64,000 nucleotides of DNA, from assembly GCF_009914755.1 (NCBI RefSeq), contig NC_060927.1; one strand, 5' to 3'. Below are positions 27,605 through 43,303 of the stretch, one piece after another. Below the pieces are notes generated by a model. That model ran no database searches, was not told the origin of the DNA, and worked only from the letters and a program-made list of their open reading frames with translations. The stretch's first letter is position 1, and the number at the start of each line of letters is the position of its first letter. Source of the DNA: the human T2T-CHM13v2.0 reference genome, Homo sapiens. A program made the translations under genes and the position numbers.

Positions 27605-30521
27605 TAGTATTATTGGGGTTTGATTGTAGATAAATTGAAACCCCAAATTACATGGCTTGAACAAGATGGAATTAATTCTTCTCTGAGTAGATGGTCCCAG
27701 GCTGGTATGACATCAGAACTGTGTTAGTCCATTTTGCATTGCTACAAAGGAATGCCTGAGATTGGGTAATTTATAAAGAAAAGAGGTTTATTTGGCTCAC
27801 AGTTCTGCAGGCTATACAAGCATGGCACCAGCATCTGCTCAGTTTCTGGTAAGGCCTCAGGGAACTTAGAATCCTGGCAGAGGTGACATGGAGCAGTGTT
27901 GTCACATGGCAAGAGAGGGAACAAAAGAGATGCCAAGATCTTTTAAACAACCAGCTCTCACATGAACTAGCAGAGTGAGAACTCACCACCAAGGAGATGG
28001 CACTAAGCCATTCATGGGGGATCCGCCCCCATTACCCAACACCTCTCTCTAAGCCCCACCTCCAACATTAAGGATCATATTTCAACATGAGATTTGGAGG
28101 GACACACATCCAAACCATATTATTTTGGCTGTGGCCCCCCCAAATCTCAAGTCCTTCTCACACTGCAAAATACAATCATCCATTCTCAATAATTCCCAAA
28201 AGTCTTAACTCATTCCAGCATCAACTCAAAAGTCCATAGTCTCATTTGAGATTCAAGGCAAGTTCCTTATACCTATGAACCTATAAAATCAAAACCAAGT
28301 TATTTACTTCCAAGATACAATGGTGGTACAGGCATTGGGTAAATATTTCCATTCCAAAAGGGAGAAATCAGCCAAAAGAAAGCAGCAACAGGTCCCATGC
28401 AAACCTGAAACCCAGAAAAGGAGACATTCAACCTTAAAGCTCCAAAATAATCCTGACTCCATATCCTGCATCCTGGGCACAGTGGTGCAAGGGATAGGCT
28501 CTCAAGGCCTTGGACTGCTCCATCCCTGTGGCTTTGTACAATACAGCTCCCATGGCTTCTCTCTTGAGTTGGAGTTGAGTATCTGTGGCTTTTCCATGCT
28601 CAGGGTGCAAGCTGCCAGTGGTTCTAGCATTTTCAGGTCTGGAGGGTGGTAGCCTCCTTCCCACAGCTCCACTAGATAGTCCCCAGTGGGGACTCTGCGC
28701 AGGGGCTCCAACCCCACATTACCCCCTTGGTACTTGCCATGTAGGGGCTCTCTGCAGGGGCTCCCATATAGGGGCACTCCCATACAGGGGCTCCCTGCAG
28801 TAGGCTTCTGTTTGGGCACCCAGGCTTTCTGATACATCCTCTGAAATCTAGGTGGAAGCTGCCAAGCCTTCTTCACTGTTGCATTCTGAAAGCCTGCAGA
28901 CTTAACACACCATGTGGAAGTCACCAAGGCTATGGCTTGCACCCTCTGAAGCAGTGGCCCAAGCTGTACTTGGAGCCCTTTGAACCATGACTCGAGCTGC
29001 AGCAGCTAGGATATGGGGTGCAGTGAACCCAGCCTGTGTGAAGCAGTAGGGCCCTGGGTCTGGCACTTGAAACTACTCTTTCCTCCTAGGCCTCTGGGCC
29101 TGTAATGGGCGAGGCTGCCTCAAAAATCTCCAAAATGCCTTAAAGGCCTTTTTCCCATTGTCTTGAATATTAGCACTTGGCTCCCTTTTAGTCATGCAAA
29201 TCTCTCTAGCAAGTGGTTGCTCTTCAGCCCACTTCAATTCCTCTCCTTAAAAATGTGCTTTCCTTCTCTACTATACGGCCAGGCTACAAATCTTTCAATT
29301 TTTTATACTTTGCTTCCCCTGTAATGGTAAGTTCCTATCTTGAGTCATTCCTTTGCTCCCACATCTGATCATATAGTTAGAAGTAGCCACACCACATCTT
29401 GAATGCCTTGATGTTTAGAAATTTATTCTGCCAGATACCCTAGGTCATCACTCTTAAGTTCAACCTTCCACAAACCCCTAGGACATGGACACAATGCAGC
29501 CAAGTTCTTCGCTAGGGAGTAACAAGAGTGACCTTTGCTCCAGTTCCCAATAACTTTCTCATTTCCGTCTGAGACCTCGTCAGCCTGGTCTTCACTGTTC
29601 ATATTTCTATCAGCATTTTGGTCACAGCTATTTAACCAGTCCCTAAGAAATTCCAATGTTTCAACTTCCTGTTTTCATCTGAGCCCTCCAAACTCTTCCA
29701 ACGTCTGCCGGTTCCAAAGCTGCTTCCACATTTTCAAGTATTTTTATACCAATGCTTCACTCCTTGGTACCAATTTTCTGTGTTAGTCTGTTTTGAGTTG
29801 CTATAAAGAAATATCTGAGACTGGGTAATGTATAAAGAAAATAGATTTATTTGGCTCACAATTCTACAGGCTGTAAAAGCCTGGCACCAGCATCTGCTTG
29901 GCTTCTGATAAGGCCTCAGGAAGCTTATAATCATGGCAGAGGTGAAGGGGAAACAGGTGTGTCACACAGTAAGAGAAGGAGCAAGAGAGATGCCAGGTTC
30001 TTTTAAACAATCAGCTCTCATGTGAACTAATAGAGTGAGAACACACTTATCACCAAAGAGATGGTGCTAAGCCATTCATGAGAGATCTGCCCCCATGATC
30101 CAAGACCTCCCAACAGGCCCCACTTCCAACATTGAGAATCACATTTCAACATGAGATTTGGAGGGGACACACATCCAAACAATATCAAGGACCCAGCCTC
30201 TTTCTCTCTAATATTGTATTCTTTGGATGTTGCATTCACCTCATGGTGCAAGCTTCACTCACATTCTGGCCACCTGGAAGGAAGAAAGAGAAGGAAGAGC
30301 ACATCTTTCTCCTTTGAGAGCACTTCCCAGCAGCTGCACACACCACATCAGCATCCATCTCATTGATCAGAACCTGCTTGTATGGCCACACTTAACTGCA
30401 AAGGAAGCCAGGAAACATCTTTTTATTCTGAGAGACCTGTGCCCAGTCAACTCTCAGGATTTCTGTTATTAAGCAGGAATGTGAGAACAGATACTGGGGA
30501 CAAGTAACAATGTCTACCACA
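27605..30521 (-). mobile_element. MLT1I/J-like LTR split by the MSTB provirus
   Basis: ATGGCTTGAACAAGATGGA (27650) joins GGCCACACTTAACTGCAAAGGAAGCCAGGAAA...GATACTGGGGACAAG...CTACCACA (30380-30521). Confidence 0.7.
27720..30187 (-). mobile_element. Full-structure MSTB (ERVL-MaLR) provirus: LTR 27720-28122, internal 28123-29778, LTR 29779-30187
   Basis: Two similar LTRs TGTGTTAGTC...CATCCAAAC..TAT(T/C)A; MaLR internal region; 5-bp flanks AGAAC/AGGAC. Confidence 0.9.
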
Positions 30522-30708
30522 AAAACAGCACTTAAGACAGTGCATCATCCTCCTCTATGCCTATCTCCCCACCTAGACTATAAGCAACTTGAAGGCAGGG
30601 GCCAAGTCTTTTCATTGAGTGTCCACAGCACCCAACACAAATCTTGGAATACAAGAGCCACCCAGTAATATTTATGGAATAGAATAACAATTTACAGTGT
30701 GTTACTGG

Positions 30709-32222
30709 TGATGGTGGCAGCCCATCTGGGACACCTGCTGCCATGATGCCAGCTGCAGTGGAGAAGGTGTGACTGGACTGCATGCTCCATGGAGTCAGCA
30801 GGAGCCAGGAACAGATGGAAGCCCTGCCTGCTTCCAAGTTGGAGAGGCAGGAGCCCCACCCTCCTGGGTGCAGCTGCAGCCATCCAGGCACAGCTGTGGA
30901 CCTAGGCATCTCTGCACTCTTGGGATCCCAGAAAGTAGTCTCCCTTCCCCTGCAGCTTCAAAAGTACCCGTTCCTGCTGCTTGGCCTCTGCCTCTCCTGG
31001 CACCCACTCCAATTTCAAAGCAAAGTTGTGGCTGACCCCAGCACTGTCATGACCTAGCCAGGTGTGCATATACTCAAGACAGTGCTGACACACCAGCCCC
31101 CTCCCACCTCGGCCACCTTCAGACTTTGGGCACTGATAAGCATGGCAGGGAGGCTGAGGCAGGGCTAAGGGTGGCTCAGCACAGGCCTGCAGTCACCCCT
31201 CAGCACAAACAGCCTGGGCATCATGGGCACTGTGGATGGCAGGTTAATGGTGGCAGGAGGCAGATAGGCTCCTGAGCAGAAAGGGACTGGTTCCCAGTGA
31301 AGCCCCACCTTCAAGTCAGGGACTGCCTGAAGTGTGGGGCCAGGCTGTCAGCTCCGTGGACCAAGGTGAGAACTTACAGTGTTTTCTCTGCCCCCCCGCC
31401 CCCACCGACCATGGCTGCCCACGGACCAGTCAGCATGCACTTCCTCCCCTCTAAAGTCCGTAAAAACCCTGGACTCAGCCAGACTTGGGTAGATGACAGG
31501 ACAACCTGCCTGCAAAGAGCATCTACCAACTGCTGGTCTCCTCTGAGCTGTTCTGCCACTCAATAAAGCTCCTCTTCACCATGCTCACCCTCCACTTGTC
31601 TGAGTACCTCATTGTTCCTGGATGCAGGACAAGGACTTGGGACCCACCAAATGGTGGGGCAGAAAGAACTGTAATACAAACAGGGCTGAAATATGCCCAT
31701 TGCTCACCAGGTTTCAGGCAATGAGAAGGAGAAAAGAGAGAAGGCAAAAAGAGCTGTAGCCCTTTGGGGACCCCAGACCTAGGAGCTCCCCAAGCCAGGG
31801 CTATGACACCCTCTTTGGGGCTCTGTGTTTCCTGGTATCTCCAAGCTTTCAGGCACCACTGCCTTCCCTGATGCCAGCCATAGAAGCTTCTTTTCTATGG
31901 ACCAGAAGCCTGGTCCAGCTGCAGCCTCACAGGCAAGCAGTACCTGTACCAGCATCTGGAGCTGCCCGCCCCACCACAGCCAGCATGCCTGGCTGTGCAC
32001 AGTGGCCGGGCCCCATGCTTGCTCGCTCACACATCCCTCACCACTCCATGCCTGGCTCACCTTTGGCAGGCATGGGATCCAGGCTGGTAGCACAAGCCAA
32101 GTACAGCCTATCAGGCTGAGTGGGCAGAATGAGCCCAGTGAGCCTGAGCAAAACTTGGGCAAAGGCACCACCAGCCACAGAGGTTTCTGGCCAGAAAATG
32201 ACACCCCAAGGATCCTGTGATG
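30709..32222 (+). mobile_element. MER52-family ERV1 solo LTR (~1.5 kb)
   Basis: Starts TGATGGTGGCAGCCCATCTGG...GCTGCCATGATGCCAGCTGCAG; AATAAA at 31562; ends GACACCCCAAGGATCCTGTGA. Confidence 0.85.
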
Positions 32223-32801
32223 TTGCAGTTACTGTTGCTGCGTAACAAATCACAACAAAACTTATGGCTTCAAACAACATTCATTTTGATATGCATGTAG
32301 AGTCTGAGGGCCAACAATTCTAGGAAGGGCTCTACTAGGTGGTTCACATGGCGTCTTCCATGTAGTTGCAGACAGAGCTGCAACCACAGGCATCTGAAGT
32401 CCAGCTTGACATCCAAATGGACATCCAAGTTGTTTCACCCTCAGCTTGCAGTTGGTGTTGGCTGTATGCTGAGGGCTCAGCTGGGCTGTTGACTGGAGCA
32501 TGTGCACTTGACCTGTCTTTATGGAGCTTGGATGTCTTCCACAGTGGCTCAGCGACCTCAGCACAAGTGTTATCTGAACAAGGCAGCAGCTGCCTGGTCA
32601 CTCACAACCAAACCCCAGAAGTCACAGCATATCACTTTTGCCAAAGTTTATGGGTTGAAGAAGTCACAGATGAACCTAGCTTCAAGAAGAGGGAAGTTGG
32701 GCCCCACCTCTTGATGGAGGAGTGTCAGGGTCACATTGCAGAGGAGCATGCAGGAAGGGAGACATTGCTGAGGCCAGCTTTGGAAGGTTCAGGCTGCACA
32801 C
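32223..32801 (-). mobile_element. MLT1H-like MaLR LTR
   Basis: TTGCTGCGTAACAAATCAC...AAAACTTATGGCTT, CAGAAGTCACA, CCACCTCTTGATGG, GTCACATTGCAGAGGAGCATG. Confidence 0.75.
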
Positions 32802-33049
32802 AGTGCAAAACCCAGCTCTGAACTATTCAGAAACGAGGAAGACAAACTCAAAAATTCACTTATGACTTCTGTCTTTGCCTCTTGTCCTCATCAATCAACT
32901 TTTTTCATTAAGATATTGTGCCTGAGCCACTGACAGTAATAATTTGGTGTTTCATCACATCTCACAAATAGATCTGAATGTGCTCAAGTGCCCTGTGGGG
33001 CTGAGAAAGAAGAGGCCCTCCACATCTGATGGAGAGGGTACATCTAGGA

Positions 33050-33200
33050 CAGTGAGTCTCAATCCCAGGTACATGTTAAAACCCCCTGAGGAGCTTTTAT
33101 AAAAAAAAAAAAAACCCAGGGGTGTGTCTTCTCTAAGACCAATTAAATCTGGGAACCTCTGGGAGTGTGGCTACAGCTTTAGAACTGTTTGAAACTTATA
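33050..33200. mobile_element. MER5B-like hAT MITE
   Basis: CAGTGAGTCTCAATCCCAGG...GGAGCTTTT...GACCAATTAAATC. Confidence 0.55.
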
Positions 33201-33442
33201 TGACTGGGGAGTCCAGTAGATGCCCTAAACCCCAGGGACAAGCAGGGAAGGTATTGGCATTCTCCTGGTGTTCTCCCATCCAGTATCTTGTCCATTACCT
33301 CAGGCCATGTGCTTCTGTCCAATCCCTGCTCCTTCTTACCACATGGGAGAACCTACCTTTCTCCCCCAAGACACCACAAAAACAAAGGCATTGGGTAAAA
33401 TAGATTTTACTAAAGGTTTTGGAGGGTGAGTTAAAAAAGGGA

Positions 33443-33745
<303 letters not shown>

Positions 33746-35059
33746 CTAAGCAGAAGACTGCCCAGAATTGAATATTATCACCTTTGTTTCTAACATGAAA
33801 TGGCCATTCCCAACCATAGGGCATTTCTTAAGGAATGTTGCTCTTCTTTATCTCTTCCTAATTTCTGCTGCATCCTCTTCTTTAGGGCATCCATTCTATC
33901 TCTCACATTGCTGGGGTGAAACAAAAAAAAATCCTCCTAATATAAAAAGATATCCTAATATTAAAAGATATTTACTGCCCCCCTTTCTCACCCCAGCCCT
34001 TCACTGCAAGATCCTCCCATTCAGGATTACCTAGGATCATCCCTTTCTGAATAAAAGAACTTATTTCTAAAGTAATGTATAATCCTAAATAAAAGCACAG
34101 TTTGGTTTACCCTGTCCCCCCACAACCACGGAATGAATACATTTCTGCAGGTTGAAATGACATCATCCCAAACTTTTGCTTCTGATGGTAGTAGGCAAGA
34201 TGAGCTAACTCCTCTGTTAAGGACAGAAAAACTGAACAACAGGTTTCTGTTAAAATCTTCTTTAAGAGCATAAGAGAGCTAATGAGATAGTGAAGAACCA
34301 CCAGGTTAGGTTGCAGAAAAAAAATAAAAGGAAAAAAAGATACTCACTTCAGCTGCTTCTCCCTGGTGGCATTTTCAGTTTCATCAGAAGTGTCTGAAAG
34401 ACAGACTGAGAAGAATTTTGACAGCTTCATGGGATCCAGAATACAATAATGTCAGGGAGACTTAGAAAACATCCCTGTTCCTGAAGCCTAGGGTGGGGAT
34501 CCTGAGGAAAGCATCTCACAATAAATGTGAACCAAAATTGGAGCAGCTCTCAGAGACTGAAGCACAGCTCTGAGGCATACCAGTCTCTGAGAGTGGAGTA
34601 AAATTACTAGTGACACAAAGCACCGGTCAAGATCCAGTGTCAATCTTCTCTAGGAGAAGACAATGTCATCTAGGCCTCAAACTGTTCTACACATAGTTTT
34701 TCAAATGCAATGTCCAGGATGTCATCGACATCATCATCTCTGCCATCATCATCAATATCACCATCATCCTTATCATCACAATCAGGCACATAAAAAGACA
34801 GGATAATGACAACAGAAACAACTGCCAATAGAAACAGATCTGCAGATACACAGATATCGGGGTGACCACTTATAGACTTTAAAGTAACTATGGTTATTAT
34901 GCTCAAGAAAACATTGAGAATTTTGGCAGGAAACTGAAAACAATCTCTAAATAAGATAGAGAAGATTTGAAAAAAGAGTAATATAGACATTTTAGAACTA
35001 AAATGCAAACAATAATTGAAACTCAGTACTTAATGGGTATGTTTAACAAAAGAGTAGAC

Positions 35060-35536
35060 CTGCTGTTCTCAAACCATGTGCCAAGGTGCCCCAGGTGCTC
35101 CTGTGCATCACAGGAGTGCTGCAAAATAGTTTATATATTGAAAGGAAACATATTGCTATCTGTTGGACACAACACAAACTATTAGCTCAAAGTAGTTCAT
35201 AGTTTCAACATTAGATGGCTACCTTCCTTCTGATAACATCATATATTTGCAAAGCCAAGTTTTCAGAGATCGCTGTAATACAAAGAGATTATTGCATGAA
35301 AATCAATGTAAAGCAAGAAATGAGGGTAGCAATATTCAATGATTCCATAATTTGAGAAGCTGTGCAATGCCAAAAAGGTGGCTACTCTGTTATGACACAA
35401 ATACTTATACTGTTAGGATCTAGCTACTTAAGAAAACTATTAGGTATTCCTTTTTACCTAGGAGCACCATGGTGGGGGAGGGAAGAGGAATGAGATATTA
35501 AGAATATTATGAGCCAAGAAAGCCTGGGAACCTCTG
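35060..35536. mobile_element. hAT-Charlie element (MER119-like) inside L1 ORF1
   Basis: Ends CTGCTGTTCTCAAAC / GGGAACCTCTG, flanks GAGTAGAC/GATAGAC, internal GAAAATCAATGT...GAAATGAGGGT. Confidence 0.7.
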
Positions 35537-35744
35537 GATAGACATAACTGAAGAGATTTACTAAACTGGAAGGATGGGGGAAACACCAGAGTAAAGCAGA
35601 GAAGGACAAAAGAATGGAAAACAGAAGAGAGTATAAGAGACAAAGAGAATAGAATGAGAAGATCTAACATATGTGTGCTTGAAGCACCAGGAAAAAAAGG
35701 ACAAAGAAAATAGAACAGAAGACATAAATGATGAAAATATTCCA

Positions 35745-35880
35745 GGCCAGGCACAGTAGCTCACACCTGTAATCCCAACACTTTAGGAGGTTAAGGGAAG
35801 AGAATTGCTTGAGGCCAGGAGTTTGGGACCAGATATAACCTAGTGAGACCGCATCCCTACAAAATAAATAAATAAATAAA
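35745..35880 (+). mobile_element. FLAM/AluJ left monomer
   Basis: Monomer with (AAAT)n tail; TSD AAATATTCCA. Confidence 0.88.
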
Positions 35881-37878
35881 TATTCCAAAAGTGATGGAAG
35901 CCATTTGTTTACATATTCAAGAAGCACTACAAACCCCAAACATAATGGTCAGAATAAATCTACACTTGGGCACATGAAAGTAATTGCTGAAGACAAAAAC
36001 TAGAGAAAATCTTCAAAGCAGCTAGAGGAAACAACTTGTTTTACCTTCAAAGGAGCAACAAGTAGACTGACAACTGATTTTTCAGTAGAGAATATAAAAA
36101 CCAGAAGACAATAGAATGATGTCTTCAAACTACTGAAAGAAAATAACTACCTACCTAGAAGTCTACCTTCAGAGAAAAATCATTCAAGAATGAAGGTGAG
36201 ATAAAAATATTTTCAGCCAAACAAAAATGGAAAGAAATAATAAAAAATACACCCAAGCTAAAATAAAAATGATAGTGTTCAGACATAGAGTATATTTCAG
36301 ATGGATAAACAGAAATGCAGAAAAAATATTAAAATAGCAAATACATATATAAAGCTAAATGAATATTAACTGTATAATGTAATAATAATGTCTTTGCGAG
36401 AGTTTTAATAGGTAAAGAATTAAAACCTACAAAAAACACCAAACAAGTCAGGAAGAAGCTAAATGAGTTGAAATGCTCTAAGTTCTTGCATTGTCGAGGA
36501 AATTGGTGATGTGCCAAGTAAACTTTGATTACTCAAGAATGTATGCTGTAGGAGATCAACTTCCAGCATGATGACATGAGGAGCTCTGCCAGCCCCTCTT
36601 AATTAAGGCCTCTGGAAATGGTCCAAAGGACAAAAAGAAAATTAAGAAACATCTATTTAAGAAAAACCCATAGAATTTGGGTAAGAAAGTTTAGAGTCTG
36701 TGGTATTTCATGACTCCCTCCATCCCAGCCCCGTGAGGCAGAGAATCCAATCCAGATAGCTGCAACCAAGAAGACAAGGTATCACCCCAGCATACAGTTG
36801 GAAGTCCTTCTTCCCAGAAGAAAGAGCACTTCAGTGTTTGTTGTCCTGTCCCCAGCTACCTGTTGCTGAGGCTAAGCTCCAAATGAGTGCAATCAAGCCA
36901 TGGGAGTTCCCTTCCTCCAACCAGTTGCTAAAAAACAAACAAGCAAATAATGACAACTATAAGCCCCATGGAGGAAGAGAGGAAACCAGTGCTCAGAGTT
37001 TCTACAATATATTATCTACAGTATTCTACAATGTATTATAATGAAATATATTACCTAAAATGTCCAGTTTCTAGTGAAATATCAAAAGGCTTGTAAAGAA
37101 GTATGACCCATACACTGGTTTAAAAAAAAAAAAAAGGAGCAGGCAACATGAACTGCCTCTAAGAGCCACAAGATATTGGATTTAACTGAAAAAGACTTCA
37201 AAGTACAAATTATAAATATGCTCACAGAGCTGAAAGAGAGGATGATTTTAAAAACAAAAGCAAGATATAATGGCAGTGTTGCATCAAACATCTTCTATCA
37301 ATAAAGAGATTGAAGTTATTTTAAAAGAACCCCAAGAAAAGTCTAGAGTTGAAAAATAGAGTAACTGAAATTAAAAACTCACTATAGGGGCACAACAGTA
37401 GATTAGAACTATCAGAAGAAAGAATTAATAAACTTGAAGATAGGTCTATAGAAATTATGCAAATAAAAGAACAGAGAACAAAATGAAGACAAATAAACAG
37501 ACCCTCAAAGTCACAAACATAATGGGAGTGAAGGACAAGAGAAAGAAGAGAGAAGAAAAAATATTTGAATAAATAATGGCAGAAAACTTCCCAAATTTAT
37601 TAAAAAGCAATATACATCCAGAAAGCACAAAGAATTACAAGTATGATAAATGCAAAGAGATTCACAGATACATCATAGTAAAAAATGCAGAAAGTCAAAG
37701 ACAATAAGAAAATATTGAAACCAGCAAGAGAAAAATTACTTACAAAGAAACCTCAGTAAGATTAATAGTTGACTTCTCAGCAGGACAATAGAGGCAAGGA
37801 TGCAGTACAATAACATATTCAAAGTACTCAAGGGCAAAAAAAGCTGTCCACCAAGAATTCTGTATCCAACAAAACTAA

Positions 37879-38169
<291 letters not shown>

Positions 38170-38434
38170 CAAACCACATTTTTTTTAATAAAGGGGAAAT
38201 AAAGATTGACCCAGATAAAAAAAATAAATAAAAGAATTTATTGATAGCAGATCTATCTTCCAAGAAATACTAAATGAAACTCTTCAGACTGAAAGCATGT
38301 GACTCCAGATGTTAATATGAATACAAACAAATAAAAATAAGGAGCACCAGAAAAGATAATTATTTAATTATAAAAATCAGTATAAGTCTATTTTTTTCTG
38401 CTTTCTTTTCATAAGTGATTTAAGAAGGAATTGT

Positions 38435-38592
38435 AGCCAGGTGCTGTAGTTCATGCCCGTAACCTCAGCAACTCAGAGGCTAAGGCAGGAGGATCACTTG
38501 AGCCGAGGAGTTTGAGGCTGCAGTCAGCCATGATCATGCCACTGTACTCCAGCCTGGGTGACAGAGCAAGACCCTAACTCAAAAAAAAAAAA
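38435..38592 (+). mobile_element. FRAM/Alu right monomer
   Basis: Monomer with A tail; flanks AGAAGGAATTGT/AGAAGCAATTGT. Confidence 0.85.
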
Positions 38593-39339
38593 CCAGAAGC
38601 AATTGTATAAAATAATGTGTATATAATGTAATTTTGGGCCTGTGACATAGAGAAATGTATTATTATGTGTAATGTATTTGTCAATAATGACACGAAAGAG
38701 GTGGGTAGAAGCAGAGCTGTATTGAACTAAGGATGTGATGACAGATGGTAAAGTAATAATCAACAATTTATCATTAAGTTTATAACATTGATAGATGTAA
38801 CATGCATAACAATAATACCACAAGAAAAGGGAAAAGTGAATAGAGCTATATACTAGTAAGGCTTCTACATATCACCATAAGTTAGTATAAATCTAAAGCT
38901 GAATCTGATAAGATGTACAGTGAACCCAAAAGCAATCAATAAAAAAACTCATAAAAATAAATTAGAAAATACACTAAAGAAACTAAAATCCTAACTAGAA
39001 AATATTCACTTAGTGTAAAAAAGCAAGAAAGAAGTAATAGAGAAACAAAATGACATGAGACATATAGAAATATAAAGCAAAATGGCAGATGTAAATCCAA
39101 CAATATCAATAGCAACATTAAATGTGAATGAATTAAAAAATGCAGAGATTGTTGGACTTGGTTAAAAAAACATGATACAACTATATGTTGTGTATAAGAG
39201 GGCAAGATTAGATTCAGATTAGATTCAAAGATACAAAAACATTGAAAGTAAAGTATGGAAAAAGAAATATACAAACAGTACAAGAAAGCTGAAGCGGCTG
39301 TACTGATATCAGACAAAATAGAGTTTAAAACAAAAAAAG

Positions 39340-39703
<364 letters not shown>

Positions 39704-41369
39704 TCAGGAAGATATAACAATTATAAACACGTATGCATTTTATAACAGAGCATCAATATACATGAAGTGAAATTGACAGAAACTAAGGGAGAAATATACA
39801 ATTCAGCAATAACAGTTGAAGACTTTAAAACCTCACTTTCAATAATGGATAGAAAGACTAGACAGAAGATTAATAATGAAATATTAGACTTGAACAGCAC
39901 TATAAACCAATGAGACCTAACAGACATCTCTATAGAACACTCCACTCAACAACAACAGAATATACATTCTTCTCAGGAGCACATGAAACATTCCCCAGGA
40001 TAGACCGTATATTAGGCCATAAAACAAACCTTAACAAATTTAAAAGAATAGAACTAGCACAAAGTATGTTCTCTGACCACAATTGGGATAAAATTTGACA
40101 TCAACAATGGAAAATTTGGGGAAACTCAGAAATATGTGGAAATTAAACACACCCTTATATAACCAATAGGTCAAAAAAGAAATAAAAGGGCAAATTTAAA
40201 AATACATTGACAAGAATGAAAATGAAAACACACCATACCAAAACTTATAGGATAAAGCTAAAGCAGTGCTTAGACAGAAATTTATAGCTGCAGTGCCTAT
40301 ATTAAGAAGAAGGAATGATCTCAAATCAATAACCTAATCTTCCACCTTAAGACACTGGAGAAAGAAGAGCAAACTAAACCTAAAGCAATCAAAGAAGGGG
40401 AATAATAAAGGCTAGAGCAGAAATTAATGAAACAAAGAATAGAAAAACAATAAAGAAAAGCAGTTAATTCAAGGCCAGTTTGTTGTAAAGATCAACAAAA
40501 TTGACAAACCTTTAGTTAGATTGTTCAATAAGAAAAGAAAGAAGACTCAAATTACTAGAATCAGAAATTAAAGAGAAGACATTACTACTACCCTTACAGA
40601 AATAAAAAGATTATAAGGAAATATTATGAACAATTGTATCCAAAAAACTCAATAAATTAGAAGAAATGTCCTTCCATAGAAGGACAAAAACAAAACTACA
40701 GGAACTGACTCAAAAGTAAATAGACAATCTGAATAGACTTTTAACAAGTAAAGAGATCGAATTAGTAATCAAAAACTACCCATAAAGAAAAGCTTAAGTC
40801 CAAATGGCTTAATCACTGAATTTTATCAAATACTTAAAGAAGAATTAATACAAATTCTTCACAAACTCTTCCAAATAGTAAAAGAGGAGGAAATACTTTC
40901 CAATTCATTTTATGAGGCCAATATTATCTTACTATCCAAACCAGGTGAAGATAGCACAAGAAATGAAAATTACAGACCAATACCTCTTATGCAAAAATCC
41001 TCAACAAAATACTAGCAAATCAAATTTAATAACATATAAAACAAATCAAACTCCATGACCAAGTTCGATTTATCCTAAGAATGCAAGCTTGGTTTCAACA
41101 ACTAAAAATCAATTAAATCACCATACCAATAGAATAACAGCTAAATGAGCTAAAATTATACTCAATGGTAAAAAACTGGATACTTTCCTCCTAAGACCAG
41201 AAACAAAACAAGGATGTATGCTCTCACCATTTCTATTCAACATTGTACTGGAGGTTCCGGTTGGGGTAATTAGGCAAGAAAAAAGAACAGGAGGCATTCA
41301 GATCACAAAGAAAGAAGTAAAACTCTATCTATTGAAGATGACATGATCTTGTACATAGAAAACCCTAAG

Positions 41370-41672
41370 GGCCCAGGCATGGTGGCTCACACCTGTAATC
41401 CCAGGACTTTGGGAGGCCGAGGCAGGCAGATCACTTGAGGTCAGGATTTTGAGACCATCGTGGCCAACATGACAAAACCGTGTCTTTACTAAAAATACCA
41501 AAATTAGCCAGCATTGTGGCACACACCTGTACTCCTAGCTACTGGGGCGGCTGAGGCACAAGAATCACTTGAACCTGGGAGGTAGAGGTTGCAGTGAGTC
41601 AAGATTGTGCCACTGCACTCCAGCCTGGGTGACAGAGTGAGACGCTGTCTCAAAAAAAAAAAAAAAAAGAAA
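41370..41672 (+). mobile_element. AluS
   Basis: Full dimer; TSD ATAGAAAA(C/T)CCTAAGG. Confidence 0.95.
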
Positions 41673-41776
41673 ATAGAAAATCCTAAGGAATCTATTAAAA
41701 AACTATTAGAACTAATAAATGAGTTGAGCGAGGTTGCAGAATACAAAATTAATATACAAAAATCAATTGTATTTTT

Positions 41777-42232
<456 letters not shown>

Positions 42233-42978
42233 AAAATATACAAGTAACAAATCAATAAACATTTGATTGCAAGTAAGAGAAGACTAAATCAAAATAGTAA
42301 TAGTAGTAATTTCAATAGTGGTAGTAGTGATAACTGAATGGTCAAGGAATAATATACACTTTAGCTGAAACCAGGTCTCAAACACTGTCATCAAGATTAC
42401 CTTCCTCTCTTATTTTTTCCTTTGCATGATATCAATTATATGTTTACACAATTTCAATGAACAATCCAAAATAAAATTAAGAAAACAATTTCATTTACAT
42501 TGAAAACAATTTCATTTACAATTCAAAAAGAATAAAATGCTTAGGAATAAATTTAACAAAAGAAGAGCAAAACTTATACTCTAAAAACTGTAAAATATTG
42601 CTCAAAGAAATTTTAAAGATCTAAATAAATGGGAAAAATCCCATGTTTGTGGACTGAAAGACTAAACATTGTTAAAATAGCACTACTCACCAATCTGATG
42701 TACAGAGTCAGTGCAATTCCTATCAGAATACCAGCTGACTTTTTTGTAGGAATGGACAACCTGATTCTAAAATTCATATGGAATAGCAAGAGACTCAGAA
42801 TGGCCAAAATGATCTTGAAAAAAAAGAACAAAGTAGGAAGAGTCAAGGTTCTTGATTTCAAAACTTACTACAAAACAAGAAAATAGAAAAATAAAGAAGA
42901 GCAGAAATAAAAACAAAGTAGAAAACAAGCATACAATAGAAAGAAGCAACATAACCAAAAGCTTTTTAATAAACCCTT

Positions 42979-43303
<325 letters not shown>

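Noticed and set aside
34670-35008. Asp-rich ORF
   Set aside because: It is an antisense translation of a degenerate (CAT)n stretch within an old L1.
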